This document shows, piece by piece, positions 15,870-25,464 of a DNA stretch of 64,000 bases. The notes under the pieces were generated by a model that saw only the letters and a list, made by a program, of their open reading frames with translations, was not told the origin of the DNA and did not search any database. Source of the stretch: Gemmatimonadales bacterium (GTDB lineage: Bacteria; Gemmatimonadota; Gemmatimonadetes; Gemmatimonadales; GWC2-71-9); the NCBI GenBank assembly GCA_041613315.1, contig JBFJHJ010000012.1, forward strand, positions 9,731 to 73,730, written 5' to 3'. The number at the start of each line of letters is the position of its first letter. Positions within the stretch are counted from its first letter, which is position 1. Made by a program: the position numbers and the translations under genes.

Positions 15870-17267
15870 ATGGCTCCGAAATATTCGTGGAGCCGCGCTC
15901 TCGGCGCGGCCCTGATCGCCGGGTCGCTGGTGGCATGTGATTTCATTCAACCCGTCACCAGCGATCCCAACGCGGTGCCCGATGCCGGCCTCGACCAGTT
16001 GTTCGTCGGGGTGCAGGTGAACGGGTATCTGCTCGAAGAGGGCCAGGCCGCGCGCCTGGCCTCGGTCTGGCTCCAGCAAATGGCGGGCACGGACCGGCAG
16101 TTCGCCACGTTCGACACCTACGTCATCGGGGAATCCGACGTGAGCGGACAGTATGTGGACGTGTATACGGGTGGTGGCCTCGTGGATATCCGCAACGGCA
16201 TTCGGATCGCCGAAGCGAACGGCCGGCGGGTGTACGCCGGGATCCTCAAGCTCTACGAGGCGTACTTCATCGGCATGGCCGCCAGCATCTTTGGTCAAGT
16301 CGCCTACTCGGAGGCCGTACGGCCCGATGTCACCGAGCCCAAGCTCGATGCGCAGGCGGACGTATATGCCGCCGTGCAGGCGAAGCTCGACGAGGCGATT
16401 GCGGACCTCGGGAGCGCCACCGGGTCGCCGCCCGGCGTCGCGGACTTGGGCTTCGGCGGTGACGCGGCCAAGTGGATCGCCGTCGCGCGCACGCTGAAGG
16501 CCCGGTTCCATATGCACTGGGCCGAGGTGGACGCCGGCCGCTATGCGCTGGCGCTCGCTCAGGCGCAGCAGGGGATCGCCGCCTCCAGCGGGGATCTCGT
16601 GGCGAAACACAGTGCCGCCGCGACGGAGAACAATCTGTGGTTCCAGTTCATGCGGGATCGCGAGGGGTATGTCTCGGCCGGAGAGTTCCACGTCGAGCTG
16701 CTGAAGGCGCGGAGCGACCCCCGCCTCCAGTTCTACTACAGCCAGGGACGCGGCACGTTCGCCGGGCAGTACGTCGGCTCGCCTGTCGGGGAGCCGGCCG
16801 GCGACCCGGGCACCAACTCGTCACGGCTGAACGATGTGAGCGGGGCGGGCGCGCCGGCCTACCGGCAGCCGTTCGTCACGTGCGCCGAAACGCAGTTCAT
16901 CATCGCCGAGGCGTTGTATCGGACGGGCGGCACCGATGCGCAGGTGCGGGCCGCCCTCGACGCCGGCATTGCGTGCGACGCGGCGCGTAAGGGACTCAGC
17001 CTCGCCGGCGCGCTCGCCGCCAATGACGCCCTCACGGGGCAGGCGCTGTTCGACGAGCTGATGACGCAGAAGTACATCGCCTTGTTCCTGAATCGGGAGA
17101 TCTGGAACGACTATAAGCGGACGTGCCGGCCCGCCATCACGACGTACCAGGGCCAACAGATTCCCGGCCGCCTGTTTTACGACAATGCGGAGCGCCAGAC
17201 GAATCGTAACATTCCCGAGGCGACGAGCCAGCCCGCTCGGAATGCGAACGATCCGAACCCTTGCTAG
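15870..17267 (+). CDS. SusD/RagB-family lipoprotein (copy 1)
   Basis: Lipobox LVAC-D, FGQVAYSEA..PKLD.Q..VY, QKYIALF..EIWNDYKRT; directly follows SusC. Confidence 0.93.
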   Translation: MAPKYSWSRALGAALIAGSLVACDFIQPVTSDPNAVPDAGLDQLFVGVQVNGYLLEEGQAARLASVWLQQMAGTDRQFATFDTYVIGESDVSGQYVDVYTGGGLVDIRNGIRIAEANGRRVYAGILKLYEAYFIGMAASIFGQVAYSEAVRPDVTEPKLDAQADVYAAVQAKLDEAIADLGSATGSPPGVADLGFGGDAAKWIAVARTLKARFHMHWAEVDAGRYALALAQAQQGIAASSGDLVAKHSAAATENNLWFQFMRDREGYVSAGEFHVELLKARSDPRLQFYYSQGRGTFAGQYVGSPVGEPAGDPGTNSSRLNDVSGAGAPAYRQPFVTCAETQFIIAEALYRTGGTDAQVRAALDAGIACDAARKGLSLAGALAANDALTGQALFDELMTQKYIALFLNREIWNDYKRTCRPAITTYQGQQIPGRLFYDNAERQTNRNIPEATSQPARNANDPNPC

Positions 17268-17275
17268 GCTTCGCA

Positions 17276-17659
17276 GTGCGGCGCGGTCATCGCCGTAGCG
17301 GTCTCCTGCCGGCTGCCATCCTGCTGCTCGTCGCGGGATGCGCAGCCGGCAGGTCCGCCGCGGACCCGGTGGTCCCCGAGGACGCCGTTGAGGTGCGTGT
17401 CCGCAACAACCTCACCCCGCGGACCCTCGTCACGGTGCGGATCTTCTCCCGCTCGGGCGCCCGGACCTTCCTGGGCGCCGTGGCCCCGGGCGACACGAAG
17501 TCCCTCACCTTTCGTGAGGCGATGTTCGAAAGCCGTTACCAATTGGTGGCGACGGGAGAAGACGGTCAGGAGATCCGCTCGCGCGATTTCGACATGTATC
17601 TCGGGGCGCGCGTCGTGTGGACCCTCAAGACCAACGTGCTCGACATCGGGCCACGCTGA
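17276..17659 (+). CDS. Small hypothetical lipoprotein (beta-sandwich-like)
   Basis: Lipobox VAGC; beta-rich body (VEVRVRNN..FLGAVAPG..YQLVA); operonic with SusD-1. Confidence 0.72.
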   Translation: MRRGHRRSGLLPAAILLLVAGCAAGRSAADPVVPEDAVEVRVRNNLTPRTLVTVRIFSRSGARTFLGAVAPGDTKSLTFREAMFESRYQLVATGEDGQEIRSRDFDMYLGARVVWTLKTNVLDIGPR

Positions 17660-17668
17660 GGCTTCGTG

Positions 17669-18172
17669 ATGACCCAACGTGGTGAGCCACCGCCGCGGGG
17701 CGGTCGGCGTCTCGCGCGACGGCCCATGCCAGGAGGGCCGGTGACCTGGCTGGCCGTCGCGGTGCTGTGCGGCGGTTGCGTCGCGTACGTGCCGGTGCGC
17801 GAGGGGGCTCCCCCGTTGCAGCGCGGCGCGGTGGTGCGGGCCACCCTCTCGAGTCCTGCCGAAGTGCCGCTTACGAACATCACCGCGCGCGGCGTCCAGG
17901 TGGTGGAGGGCGAGGTCGTCGAGTCGAACGGCGAGGAGCTCGTGCTGTCGGCCTTGTGGCTCCGCTCGACGAACGGTGCGGAGCATAGGGGGATCGGCGA
18001 GACCGTCAACGTCGCGTGGCAGGGGATCGCCCAGGTCGAGGTCCGGCGCCTCTCGGCCGTGCGGACCGGGCTGCTGGCGGGCGTTCTCGCGCTCTTCGCC
18101 GTCCTGGCCAACGCCGCCCTCATCGGCGGCGGGGGCGAAGAACCACCGCCGCCGCCGCCGCCGCCCCTGTGA
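17669..18172 (+). CDS. Hypothetical lipoprotein with C-terminal hydrophobic helix and poly-Pro tail
   Basis: Hydrophobic signal ending CGGC; alignable by eye with paralog 34485..34937; start uncertain. Confidence 0.75.
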   Translation: MTQRGEPPPRGGRRLARRPMPGGPVTWLAVAVLCGGCVAYVPVREGAPPLQRGAVVRATLSSPAEVPLTNITARGVQVVEGEVVESNGEELVLSALWLRSTNGAEHRGIGETVNVAWQGIAQVEVRRLSAVRTGLLAGVLALFAVLANAALIGGGGEEPPPPPPPPL

Positions 18173-19350
18173 GTCCGGTGCGGACCGCCGATCGCGTACC
18201 GCCGTTGACGATGTCCCGACGTCGGATCGCCATGGTCGTCGGCATGGTGCTCGTCCCGCTCGTGAGCACGTGCGGCTCGGAGCCCGTCGGCCCCGGCACG
18301 ACGGCGTTCACCTCGCTCTCCGCCGGTGGCCTCCATACCTGTGCCCTCACCGCGACGGGACAGGCGTTCTGCTGGGGGTTCAACGACGAGGGCCAACTCG
18401 GCGACGGGTCGACCACGGCCCGTGCGGCCCCCGCCGCCGTCTCCGGCGGAACCGCGTTCGCCGCGCTGGAAGCGGGAACTCCGCACACCTGCGCGGTGAC
18501 CACAAGCGGGGCGGCCTTCTGCTGGGGGCAGAACTTTCGCGGTCAGCTCGGGGACGGGACGGACGTTGCGCGGTCGTCCCCGGTCGCCGTGAGCGGCGGC
18601 CTCGGCTTCGCCACCGTCCATCCTGGAGGCACGCACACCTGCGGCGTGACGGTCGCGGGGGTGGCCTACTGCTGGGGCGACAACGAGCGCGGTCAGCTGG
18701 GAGACGGGACCGGGACCACGCAGCTCGCGCCGAGCGCCGCGACCGGCGGTCTCGTATTTCAGCACATCGCCACCGGTGCCGCGCACTCCTGCGGCCTCAC
18801 GACCGGTGGCGAAGCCTACTGTTGGGGCGGCGGCGCCGCCGGGCAGTTGGGGACGGGGTTTCCCAACGATCAGGCGGAGCCCGCGATGGTGGTCACCGAT
18901 CTCCGCTTCAGCGCCATCGTGACGGGCGGCTCCCACAGCTGCGCGCTCGAGGTGGGGGGCGAGCTCCATTGCTGGGGCGACAACGACTTCGGCCAGCTCG
19001 GGCTCGGGAACCAGGTGCGGCGCGGCACGCCGGTGCGCGTCGGCGACTTATTCTTCGCGCGCGTGAGTGCGGGCCTCGACCACACCTGTGCGGTGACCGC
19101 GGCGGGCGTCGCCTACTGTTGGGGCCGCAACGATCGCGGCCAGCTCGGTGACGGGTCCCGCGACGACCGGAGAGCGCCGGTGCAGGTGCGCGGCGGGTTC
19201 GCGTTCCGAGCGATCACGGCCGGGGGATTGCACACGTGCGGCGTGACGACCGCCGGGGAGGCCTACTGCTGGGGGTGGAACGACAACGGCCAACTCGGGA
19301 TGACGGCCGGCTCCGACCAGTTGCAGCCGGTGCCGGTCCCGAGTCCGTAG
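18169..19350 (+). CDS. RCC1-repeat beta-propeller lipoprotein (copy 1)
   Basis: Seven repeats of AGxxHTC.LT..G.AYCWG.N..GQLG; putative lipobox VSTC; GTGA overlap with upstream stop (alternative ATG 18211). Confidence 0.9.
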   Translation: MSPVRTADRVPPLTMSRRRIAMVVGMVLVPLVSTCGSEPVGPGTTAFTSLSAGGLHTCALTATGQAFCWGFNDEGQLGDGSTTARAAPAAVSGGTAFAALEAGTPHTCAVTTSGAAFCWGQNFRGQLGDGTDVARSSPVAVSGGLGFATVHPGGTHTCGVTVAGVAYCWGDNERGQLGDGTGTTQLAPSAATGGLVFQHIATGAAHSCGLTTGGEAYCWGGGAAGQLGTGFPNDQAEPAMVVTDLRFSAIVTGGSHSCALEVGGELHCWGDNDFGQLGLGNQVRRGTPVRVGDLFFARVSAGLDHTCAVTAAGVAYCWGRNDRGQLGDGSRDDRRAPVQVRGGFAFRAITAGGLHTCGVTTAGEAYCWGWNDNGQLGMTAGSDQLQPVPVPSP

Positions 19351-19428
19351 CGGCACGCACGGACGGACGCCACCGGCGGCGGCGCAACGTCCGTCTCGAT
19401 CAGGCGGCCGGCGGCGGTCTTGACTGGC

Positions 19429-20199
19429 CTATCGGAACGGCCGCGACTTCGTCCACATCACGATGACGCCGCAGGCGGCGTTCGAACCGGTGAACTCGCC
19501 GGGGATCTCTCCGGGGCCGCGGTAGATCTCGATCCCGTAGATGTCGCGGATCGGGGTATTCTCGTGGAACGAGCGGACCTCTACGCCGTCAATCCACCAG
19601 GTCGGCTGGCATTGGGGGGCGCGGGCCATGACCGCGAAGCACTCGAATGTCTGCTGGTTGCATTGGATGCGGACCCCACGGACGGTCCGGAGGGCATCCC
19701 CCGCCGAGCTGTACCCCCGCTCGATCAGCTCGTCCCATCGGAGGTAGGCGCCCAGCCCGCGCTTCCGTCGCCGTTCGAAGTCCAAGTAGCGCGGCATGAG
19801 CTGGTCGGCGCGGGCCTGCACGACCAGCTCCGGCAGCCGGTGTCCCGTGAAGGTGAGAGCGAAGACCCAGTCCAGCTCGCCCGAAAGGGGAAGGCGAACG
19901 GTAGAGACACCGGTGGCGTACCCCAGCACGTGAATCGTGACCTCCACATCTCCCGCGTGGAGTTCCGGGGCCTCGAACCGACCAAGAGTGTCCGTGGTGA
20001 GGGAAGGGTGGCCGGGCCGGATCTGGACGACGGCCCCCGGGAGTGGGTGGCCTGTTTCGCTGTCGATGACGCGTCCCCGAAGTGTCGCCTGGGCGGTGCC
20101 GGTTTCCGGACCGATCGCGACCCCGAGTAGGGCTGCCAGCAGGGCTCCGGCCAGGATGCCGGCTCCGGCGGTGCGGCTCGGCGGTGCTCTAGGGATCAC
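19429..20199 (-). CDS. Exported protein: CarboxypepD-reg-like domain + TonB-plug-like domain, no beta-barrel
   Basis: AQATLRGRVIDSETGHPLPGAVV, TonB-box-like LPELVVQA, PTWWIDG..DIYGIEIYRG..CGVIVMWTK; start uncertain. Confidence 0.8.
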   Translation of the reverse strand: MIPRAPPSRTAGAGILAGALLAALLGVAIGPETGTAQATLRGRVIDSETGHPLPGAVVQIRPGHPSLTTDTLGRFEAPELHAGDVEVTIHVLGYATGVSTVRLPLSGELDWVFALTFTGHRLPELVVQARADQLMPRYLDFERRRKRGLGAYLRWDELIERGYSSAGDALRTVRGVRIQCNQQTFECFAVMARAPQCQPTWWIDGVEVRSFHENTPIRDIYGIEIYRGPGEIPGEFTGSNAACGVIVMWTKSRPFR

Positions 20200-20433
20200 G
20201 AGACTGCTCCATTGGCCCCTATTGCGCAATCATGTACCAGGTGTAAGATAGCCCCTATCTCAGTGCTCTACCAACAGGCCCAAGAGTTGCCCAACGTACG
20301 GCCGATTCCACGCTCACGCGAAGCGTCGGCATTGCCCCGCGATGCTCGGCCCTTTGCGTCAGTGCGGCTCGGCCGAGGCCCGCGGGGATTCCGCAGTCGC
20401 AGGTCGTTCTCCGCTTAATCAGCAAGGAGGCCG

Positions 20434-23400
20434 ATGATGCGCGTTTCACGTCGTGGTCCGCTGGCGGTCGGCAGTGCCGCTGCGGCATTCGTGGCCCTCA
20501 TCGCCAGTCCGCTCGTGGCGCAGGACGCGGTCATTACTGGCCGCGTTGTCTCGGAGCGTGGCGATCCGGTGGGTGGTGCCACCGTGACGGTGGCCAGCAC
20601 CAACTTCGCGGCAGGCACGGCGGAGAACGGGACCTATACGATCACCATCGCCGCACCAGCCGTGCGCGGCCAGCAAGTGGTGCTGATGGCGCGATTCATC
20701 GGCTATCGACCCGCCAGCCGCACCATCACCCTCGGGCCGGGCACCCAGCAACAGAACTTCGAATTGGAGGCCGACCCCCTTCGCCTCGAGGAGGTCATCG
20801 TCACCGGCGTGGCGGAAGCCATGTCCGCGAAGAAGCTGACCTTTACGGTGGGGAAGGTGTCGGCGGAGCAATTGCAGGAGGTCCCTGGGTCGAGCGCGCT
20901 TGTGGCTCTTCAGGGTAAGGTGGCTGGCGCCCGCCTGGTTCCGACCTCGAGCCAGCCTGGCGGCGAGGTGTCGATCCGGCTCCGCGGCGCTACCAGCATC
21001 GGAGGTACGCAGGATCCGCTGTTCGTCGTGGACGGGTTGATCACCCGGTTCGGTCTCGCGGACATCGCGCCCGAGGACGTGGAGCGGGTGGAAGTGATCA
21101 AGGGAGCCGCCGCGTCCTCGCTGTACGGCTCGAACGCGGCAAACGGGGTGGTGCAGGTCTTCACGAAGCGAGGGCGGTCGCTGGCTGAGGGCACGCTTCG
21201 GGTGACCACGCGCTTTGAGGCCGGCGTCAACAACATGCCAAAGCGGATGGAGTTCTCCCAGTCGCACGCGTGGGTAGCCTGCGGCACGACGCCCGGCGCA
21301 CCCTGCGACCCGGCCGGTGTTTACGAGGTCACCCCAACCGGCGGCCGGATCACGGAGCCGGACCAGATCGCCGACAATCCGTTCTCGGTCCAATACGACC
21401 ACTGGGACGCCCTGGTGAATCCTGGCGCGTTCTGGACAGGGTACATCTCGGTTGGGCAGCGGCGCGGAACCACAAACTTCAACGCCTCGTTCCAGAACAC
21501 CAACAACGAGGGCGTGATCTTCGGGCTCGGCGGGTACAACCGCCAGAACTTCCGGCTCAACCTCGACCAGCGTCTGCGCACCAATGTCGACGCGTCCTTT
21601 AGCACGTTCTACGGAACATCGACCAACGGGCGAGCAGAGGAGGGTCAGGGAGGACCGTTCTTCGGTCTCATGTTCCTCCAGCCGGACGTGGACATCACTG
21701 CCACGTGTGGCGGAGTAGAGTTCTGCCCCATCGTGCCCCTGAGCGGCGACGTGGCCAACGACTTCAACCCCATGTACGAGCTGGCCAATCGGAAGATCAA
21801 CCAGGACCGCACTCGGTTCATGGGGTCGGGCAGGGTACGGTGGTGGATGCGCGACTGGCTGACGGCGGAAGCCAGCTTCGCCTACGACCAAGAGTCGGAG
21901 GCCTTCAAGGACGTGACACCGTTCGGCTTCCAGACCTCCTCAGGCACCGAGCTTGCGGGGTCCCTCGTCAAGCTGATGAGAAACAACAGCCAGTACAACG
22001 CCGGCGCGACGCTCAGCAGCACCCGGACCTTTGGTGACATCACGAACACGACGAAGCTGGGCGTGACCTACGAGAAGGAGCAGAACAGGCTGCTCGGAGA
22101 CACGGCTAACACGCTGCTCGTGGCCCGCGTACCGGAGTACGCTGGCGCCGACCAGAGCACCATTCGGGTGGCCTCGCGCGAAGAGGATCTCCGGACCCAG
22201 AACTACTATGGCATCACCACGTTCGACATCAAGGACCGGTACATCGTGGATGCCTTGGTGCGGCGCGACGGGTCGTCACTGTTCGGGCCGGAGAGCCGGT
22301 GGGCCACCTACTTCCGCGTCTCGGGGGCGTGGCGGGTCACTGAGGACCTGCGGATCCCGGGCCTCGACGAGTTGCGGCTCCGGGCCTCCTACGGCACGGC
22401 GGGTCTGCGGCCCCAGTTCGACGACCAGTATGAAATCCTGACCGTGACCCCCGGTGGGTTCACCAAGGAGATCCTGGGCAATCCGCTCCTCAAGCCGGCC
22501 CGCTCGGCGGAGCTGGAAGTGGGCACCAACATCGAGTTCGGGGGCGGCCGGTATAACTTCGAGTACACCTACGCTGAGAAGAAAACCACCGACCAGATCC
22601 TCTTGGCCGATCTGCCCGCGGTGGCCGGCTTCAAGCAGCAATGGCAGAATACCGGCTCGCTCCGGTCGAGGACCCATGAGGCGACACTCGCGGCCCGCCT
22701 GATCAACAGCCGCACCACCACCTTCACCCTGAACATCGTGGGCGACCGGACCCGCCAGGTGATCACGGAGTGGGACCTGCCGGAGCGGCTGTACAGCTTC
22801 CAGCAGATGCCCGCTGCGTTCTTCCTGGGCCAGGGCTCGGATCTGGGGGTCATGTACGGCAACCGCTGGGTTCGCAACATCAACGACCTGTACGACGACC
22901 CGGCCAAGGCGGCCCAGTCCGGGCCCGGCCAGACGTGGGATCCCAACAATGTCATGGTCAACGAGGACGGCTTCGTCGTCCGGAGGGACGCCTACGGCAC
23001 GATCAACGAACGGGCCATCAAATACACGTTCTGCAAGCGCGAGGACGCGAGCGGCACCTGCTTGGAGACGTCGCAGATCGTGGAGATCGGCAACGCCAAC
23101 CCCGACTTCAACATGAGCTTCGGCACCACGTTCACTCACAAGCGACTCGTGGTGAATGCGTTGCTCGACTGGTCGAAGGGCGGCGACCTGTACAACGGGA
23201 CCAGACAGTGGGCCTTCCAGGCGACCCGCGACCGAGTGCAGGATCAGGCCGGCAAGGGCCAAAACGACCCGACGTGTGGCACGGTATCTGACCCCATGCC
23301 AGCTTGCCCCAAGAAGGCGTTATCGTACTACGCGGTCGCGATCTACAACGGCCTCGATCCGAGCGACTTCTTCGTCGAGGACGGGTCGTACGCCAAACTC

Positions 23401-23637
23401 AAAGAGCTGTCGGTCCACTACACCTTCGTGGGCGACCAGCTCAGGGCAATCGGGTTGGGACGACTCCACCAGTTACGGCTCGGGTTCATCGCCCGCAACC
23501 TGTTCACGATCACCAACTATTCCGGGCTCGATCCGGAAGTGTCAGGCCTGTTCGGCGACCCGTTCCAGGTTCGGATGGATTGGTTCCAGTATCCGCAATT
23601 CCGGACCTTCTCGGCCGTCGTCGAGATCTCGTACTGA
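20434..23637 (+). CDS. SusC/RagA-family TonB-dependent transporter (copy 2)
   Basis: AAGGAGG RBS; LEEVIVTG TonB box; PLFVVDG..DVERVEVIKGAAASSLYGSNAANGVVQVFTK; ends YSGLDPE..YPQFRTFSAVVEISY. Confidence 0.95.
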   Translation: MMRVSRRGPLAVGSAAAAFVALIASPLVAQDAVITGRVVSERGDPVGGATVTVASTNFAAGTAENGTYTITIAAPAVRGQQVVLMARFIGYRPASRTITLGPGTQQQNFELEADPLRLEEVIVTGVAEAMSAKKLTFTVGKVSAEQLQEVPGSSALVALQGKVAGARLVPTSSQPGGEVSIRLRGATSIGGTQDPLFVVDGLITRFGLADIAPEDVERVEVIKGAAASSLYGSNAANGVVQVFTKRGRSLAEGTLRVTTRFEAGVNNMPKRMEFSQSHAWVACGTTPGAPCDPAGVYEVTPTGGRITEPDQIADNPFSVQYDHWDALVNPGAFWTGYISVGQRRGTTNFNASFQNTNNEGVIFGLGGYNRQNFRLNLDQRLRTNVDASFSTFYGTSTNGRAEEGQGGPFFGLMFLQPDVDITATCGGVEFCPIVPLSGDVANDFNPMYELANRKINQDRTRFMGSGRVRWWMRDWLTAEASFAYDQESEAFKDVTPFGFQTSSGTELAGSLVKLMRNNSQYNAGATLSSTRTFGDITNTTKLGVTYEKEQNRLLGDTANTLLVARVPEYAGADQSTIRVASREEDLRTQNYYGITTFDIKDRYIVDALVRRDGSSLFGPESRWATYFRVSGAWRVTEDLRIPGLDELRLRASYGTAGLRPQFDDQYEILTVTPGGFTKEILGNPLLKPARSAELEVGTNIEFGGGRYNFEYTYAEKKTTDQILLADLPAVAGFKQQWQNTGSLRSRTHEATLAARLINSRTTTFTLNIVGDRTRQVITEWDLPERLYSFQQMPAAFFLGQGSDLGVMYGNRWVRNINDLYDDPAKAAQSGPGQTWDPNNVMVNEDGFVVRRDAYGTINERAIKYTFCKREDASGTCLETSQIVEIGNANPDFNMSFGTTFTHKRLVVNALLDWSKGGDLYNGTRQWAFQATRDRVQDQAGKGQNDPTCGTVSDPMPACPKKALSYYAVAIYNGLDPSDFFVEDGSYAKLKELSVHYTFVGDQLRAIGLGRLHQLRLGFIARNLFTITNYSGLDPEVSGLFGDPFQVRMDWFQYPQFRTFSAVVEISY

Positions 23638-23650
23638 GGAGACGCCCGTC

Positions 23651-25372
23651 ATGAACCCACATAGAGCGATTCCCAAGCTGCGGTTGTCGTCCCTGGCCAC
23701 CGCCATGGCGGCGTTCGTCCTGGTAGCCGGCGCCTGCGACCTGGACATCGAGAACCCGAACGCCCCAGACGCGCCGCGGGCCTTCGAGGATCCCGCCGGC
23801 CTCTCGGCGTTGCTGGGTGGCTCGATCAGAACCTGGGTCGCAACCCGTGGCGACTACTTGATTCAGGCCCCGAACATGATGGCCGACAACTACACCGCCT
23901 CGTGGAACAACGCGGCCATCCGGTTCTACAGCTCCGTCGGTTCCGACTGCCCGTCGCGGTGCGGCTGGAACAACAGCGCCACGGCGCCCGAGGCTGCCGG
24001 CGGCCCAACCGTCGAAACCTCGTGGTACGGGTACAACTCGGTGCTCTCGTCGGCCAACGACGTGCTCGCGGCGATTGAGGGCGGCCTCTGCTTTGACTCC
24101 GACTGTGCCGCCGACAATACGCTGACGTCGCGCAACAAGGCGATCGCCAAGATGATGCAGGGAATGGCCTTCGCCGGCATCGCGCTGATGTACGATCAGG
24201 GCTTCGTGCTCGACGAGACCGCCGACCTGACCAACATTTCCGACATCGACTTCAACACCAGGGAAGAGGTGCGTGACGCCGCCCTGCAGAAATTCAACGA
24301 GGCGTGGACGGAGGCCGGGGCGAAGTCCTGGTCGACACCCGCCGCGTGGATGGGGGTCGGCGCCGGAAAATCCTACACCAACGAACAGATCCGTCAGGTC
24401 ATCCGAACCATGCAGGCCGAGCTGGTCGCCATGTTTCCGCGCAACGCCGCGGAGAATGCCCAGGCCGATTGGGCCAGCGTGGCGACGTTCGCCTCGCAGG
24501 GGATCAGCGTCGGCGCGTTCGACTGGGAGTTCTACGTCGATGCGACCGGCCGCGAATGCGGTGACCTCGATTGCGTGAAGGTCTGGGGGAACTCCATCGG
24601 CACCGCGCGGGTGGACACGCGGGTGGCCAGCATGCTCGCGACCAACCACGCGCATCCATGGCCGGAACCCGGGGGTAATCCCTGCCCGACGGTATCGGCC
24701 GACCGGCGGGTGGGGGATGGCTCGTGGGGGCCGGAGGACGACTTCAACGGCTACTCGACCATTGCGGCGACCGCCAACGCCGGCACCGACTTTGCCTGCT
24801 CGGGCGTGGTGATTTTCCCACCGGCGCGCGGCCAATACCACCAGAGCAACCTCGTGCACATCCGGTACGAGCGGCTGGCCTACCGGGGCGAGAACCTGCC
24901 AAGCTCCGACGGCACGGGGCAGGACCCGTTCTACACAGTTCAGATGAACGACCTGCTGTGGGCCGAGGGGCTGATCCGGAGTGGCGGCAACAAGGGGCAG
25001 GCGGCGCAGCTCATCAATAACAGCCGCGTGGGGCGGGGCGGGTTGCCCGCCTTGACCGGTGGCGAATCCGACGCCGCGCTGCTCGCCGCGCTGCAGTACG
25101 AGCAGGAGATCGAGTTCATGGGTCAGGGCTCCACGCCGTTCTTCAATCGGCGCCGGGTCGACGGGCTGATCGCCGACACGCCGAGGCACATGCCGGTCCC
25201 GGCGAAGGAGCTGGACGTGCTCTTGCGCGAGATCTACACGTTTGGCGGGCCGGGCAAGCCCGACATGTCGGTCGTCGGCGCCGGCGGAGGCGAGAGCAGC
25301 CGCACCAGGGTCCGGTCGGTCCGGGAGATCTGGGCGCACTACCTGGCTATGCGGCCCTCCAGGAGGTTCTGA
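23651..25372 (+). CDS. SusD/RagB-like lipoprotein (copy 2)
   Basis: GAGGAG RBS; lipobox AGAC-DLDIENPN; LLWAEGLIR..INNSRV..YEQEIE..FFNRRR..PVPAKEL. Confidence 0.85.
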   Translation: MNPHRAIPKLRLSSLATAMAAFVLVAGACDLDIENPNAPDAPRAFEDPAGLSALLGGSIRTWVATRGDYLIQAPNMMADNYTASWNNAAIRFYSSVGSDCPSRCGWNNSATAPEAAGGPTVETSWYGYNSVLSSANDVLAAIEGGLCFDSDCAADNTLTSRNKAIAKMMQGMAFAGIALMYDQGFVLDETADLTNISDIDFNTREEVRDAALQKFNEAWTEAGAKSWSTPAAWMGVGAGKSYTNEQIRQVIRTMQAELVAMFPRNAAENAQADWASVATFASQGISVGAFDWEFYVDATGRECGDLDCVKVWGNSIGTARVDTRVASMLATNHAHPWPEPGGNPCPTVSADRRVGDGSWGPEDDFNGYSTIAATANAGTDFACSGVVIFPPARGQYHQSNLVHIRYERLAYRGENLPSSDGTGQDPFYTVQMNDLLWAEGLIRSGGNKGQAAQLINNSRVGRGGLPALTGGESDAALLAALQYEQEIEFMGQGSTPFFNRRRVDGLIADTPRHMPVPAKELDVLLREIYTFGGPGKPDMSVVGAGGGESSRTRVRSVREIWAHYLAMRPSRRF

Positions 25373-25399
25373 CGTCGGAATGCCGCAGGAGTGGCCAAC

Positions 25400-25433
25400 A
25401 AGAAGGGGCGGGATCACGATCCCGCCCCTTCTT
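25400..25433. terminator. Perfect 16-bp inverted repeat, bidirectional terminator
   Basis: AAGAAGGGGCGGGATC-ac-GATCCCGCCCCTTCTT between convergent genes. Confidence 0.85.
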
Positions 25434-25464
25434 CATTATTGGATGAACGCGAGGGATTCCCTCC

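Noticed and set aside
18300..19330. Regularly spaced DNA repeats (tgctgggg...ggccagctcgg), also at 33400-34420
   Set aside because: These are coding RCC1 repeats, not a CRISPR array; no cas genes are present
20213..20228. sigma54-like TGGC-N-GC upstream of SusC-2
   Set aside because: Poor match at the -12 element (GCGC rather than TTGC); could be chance
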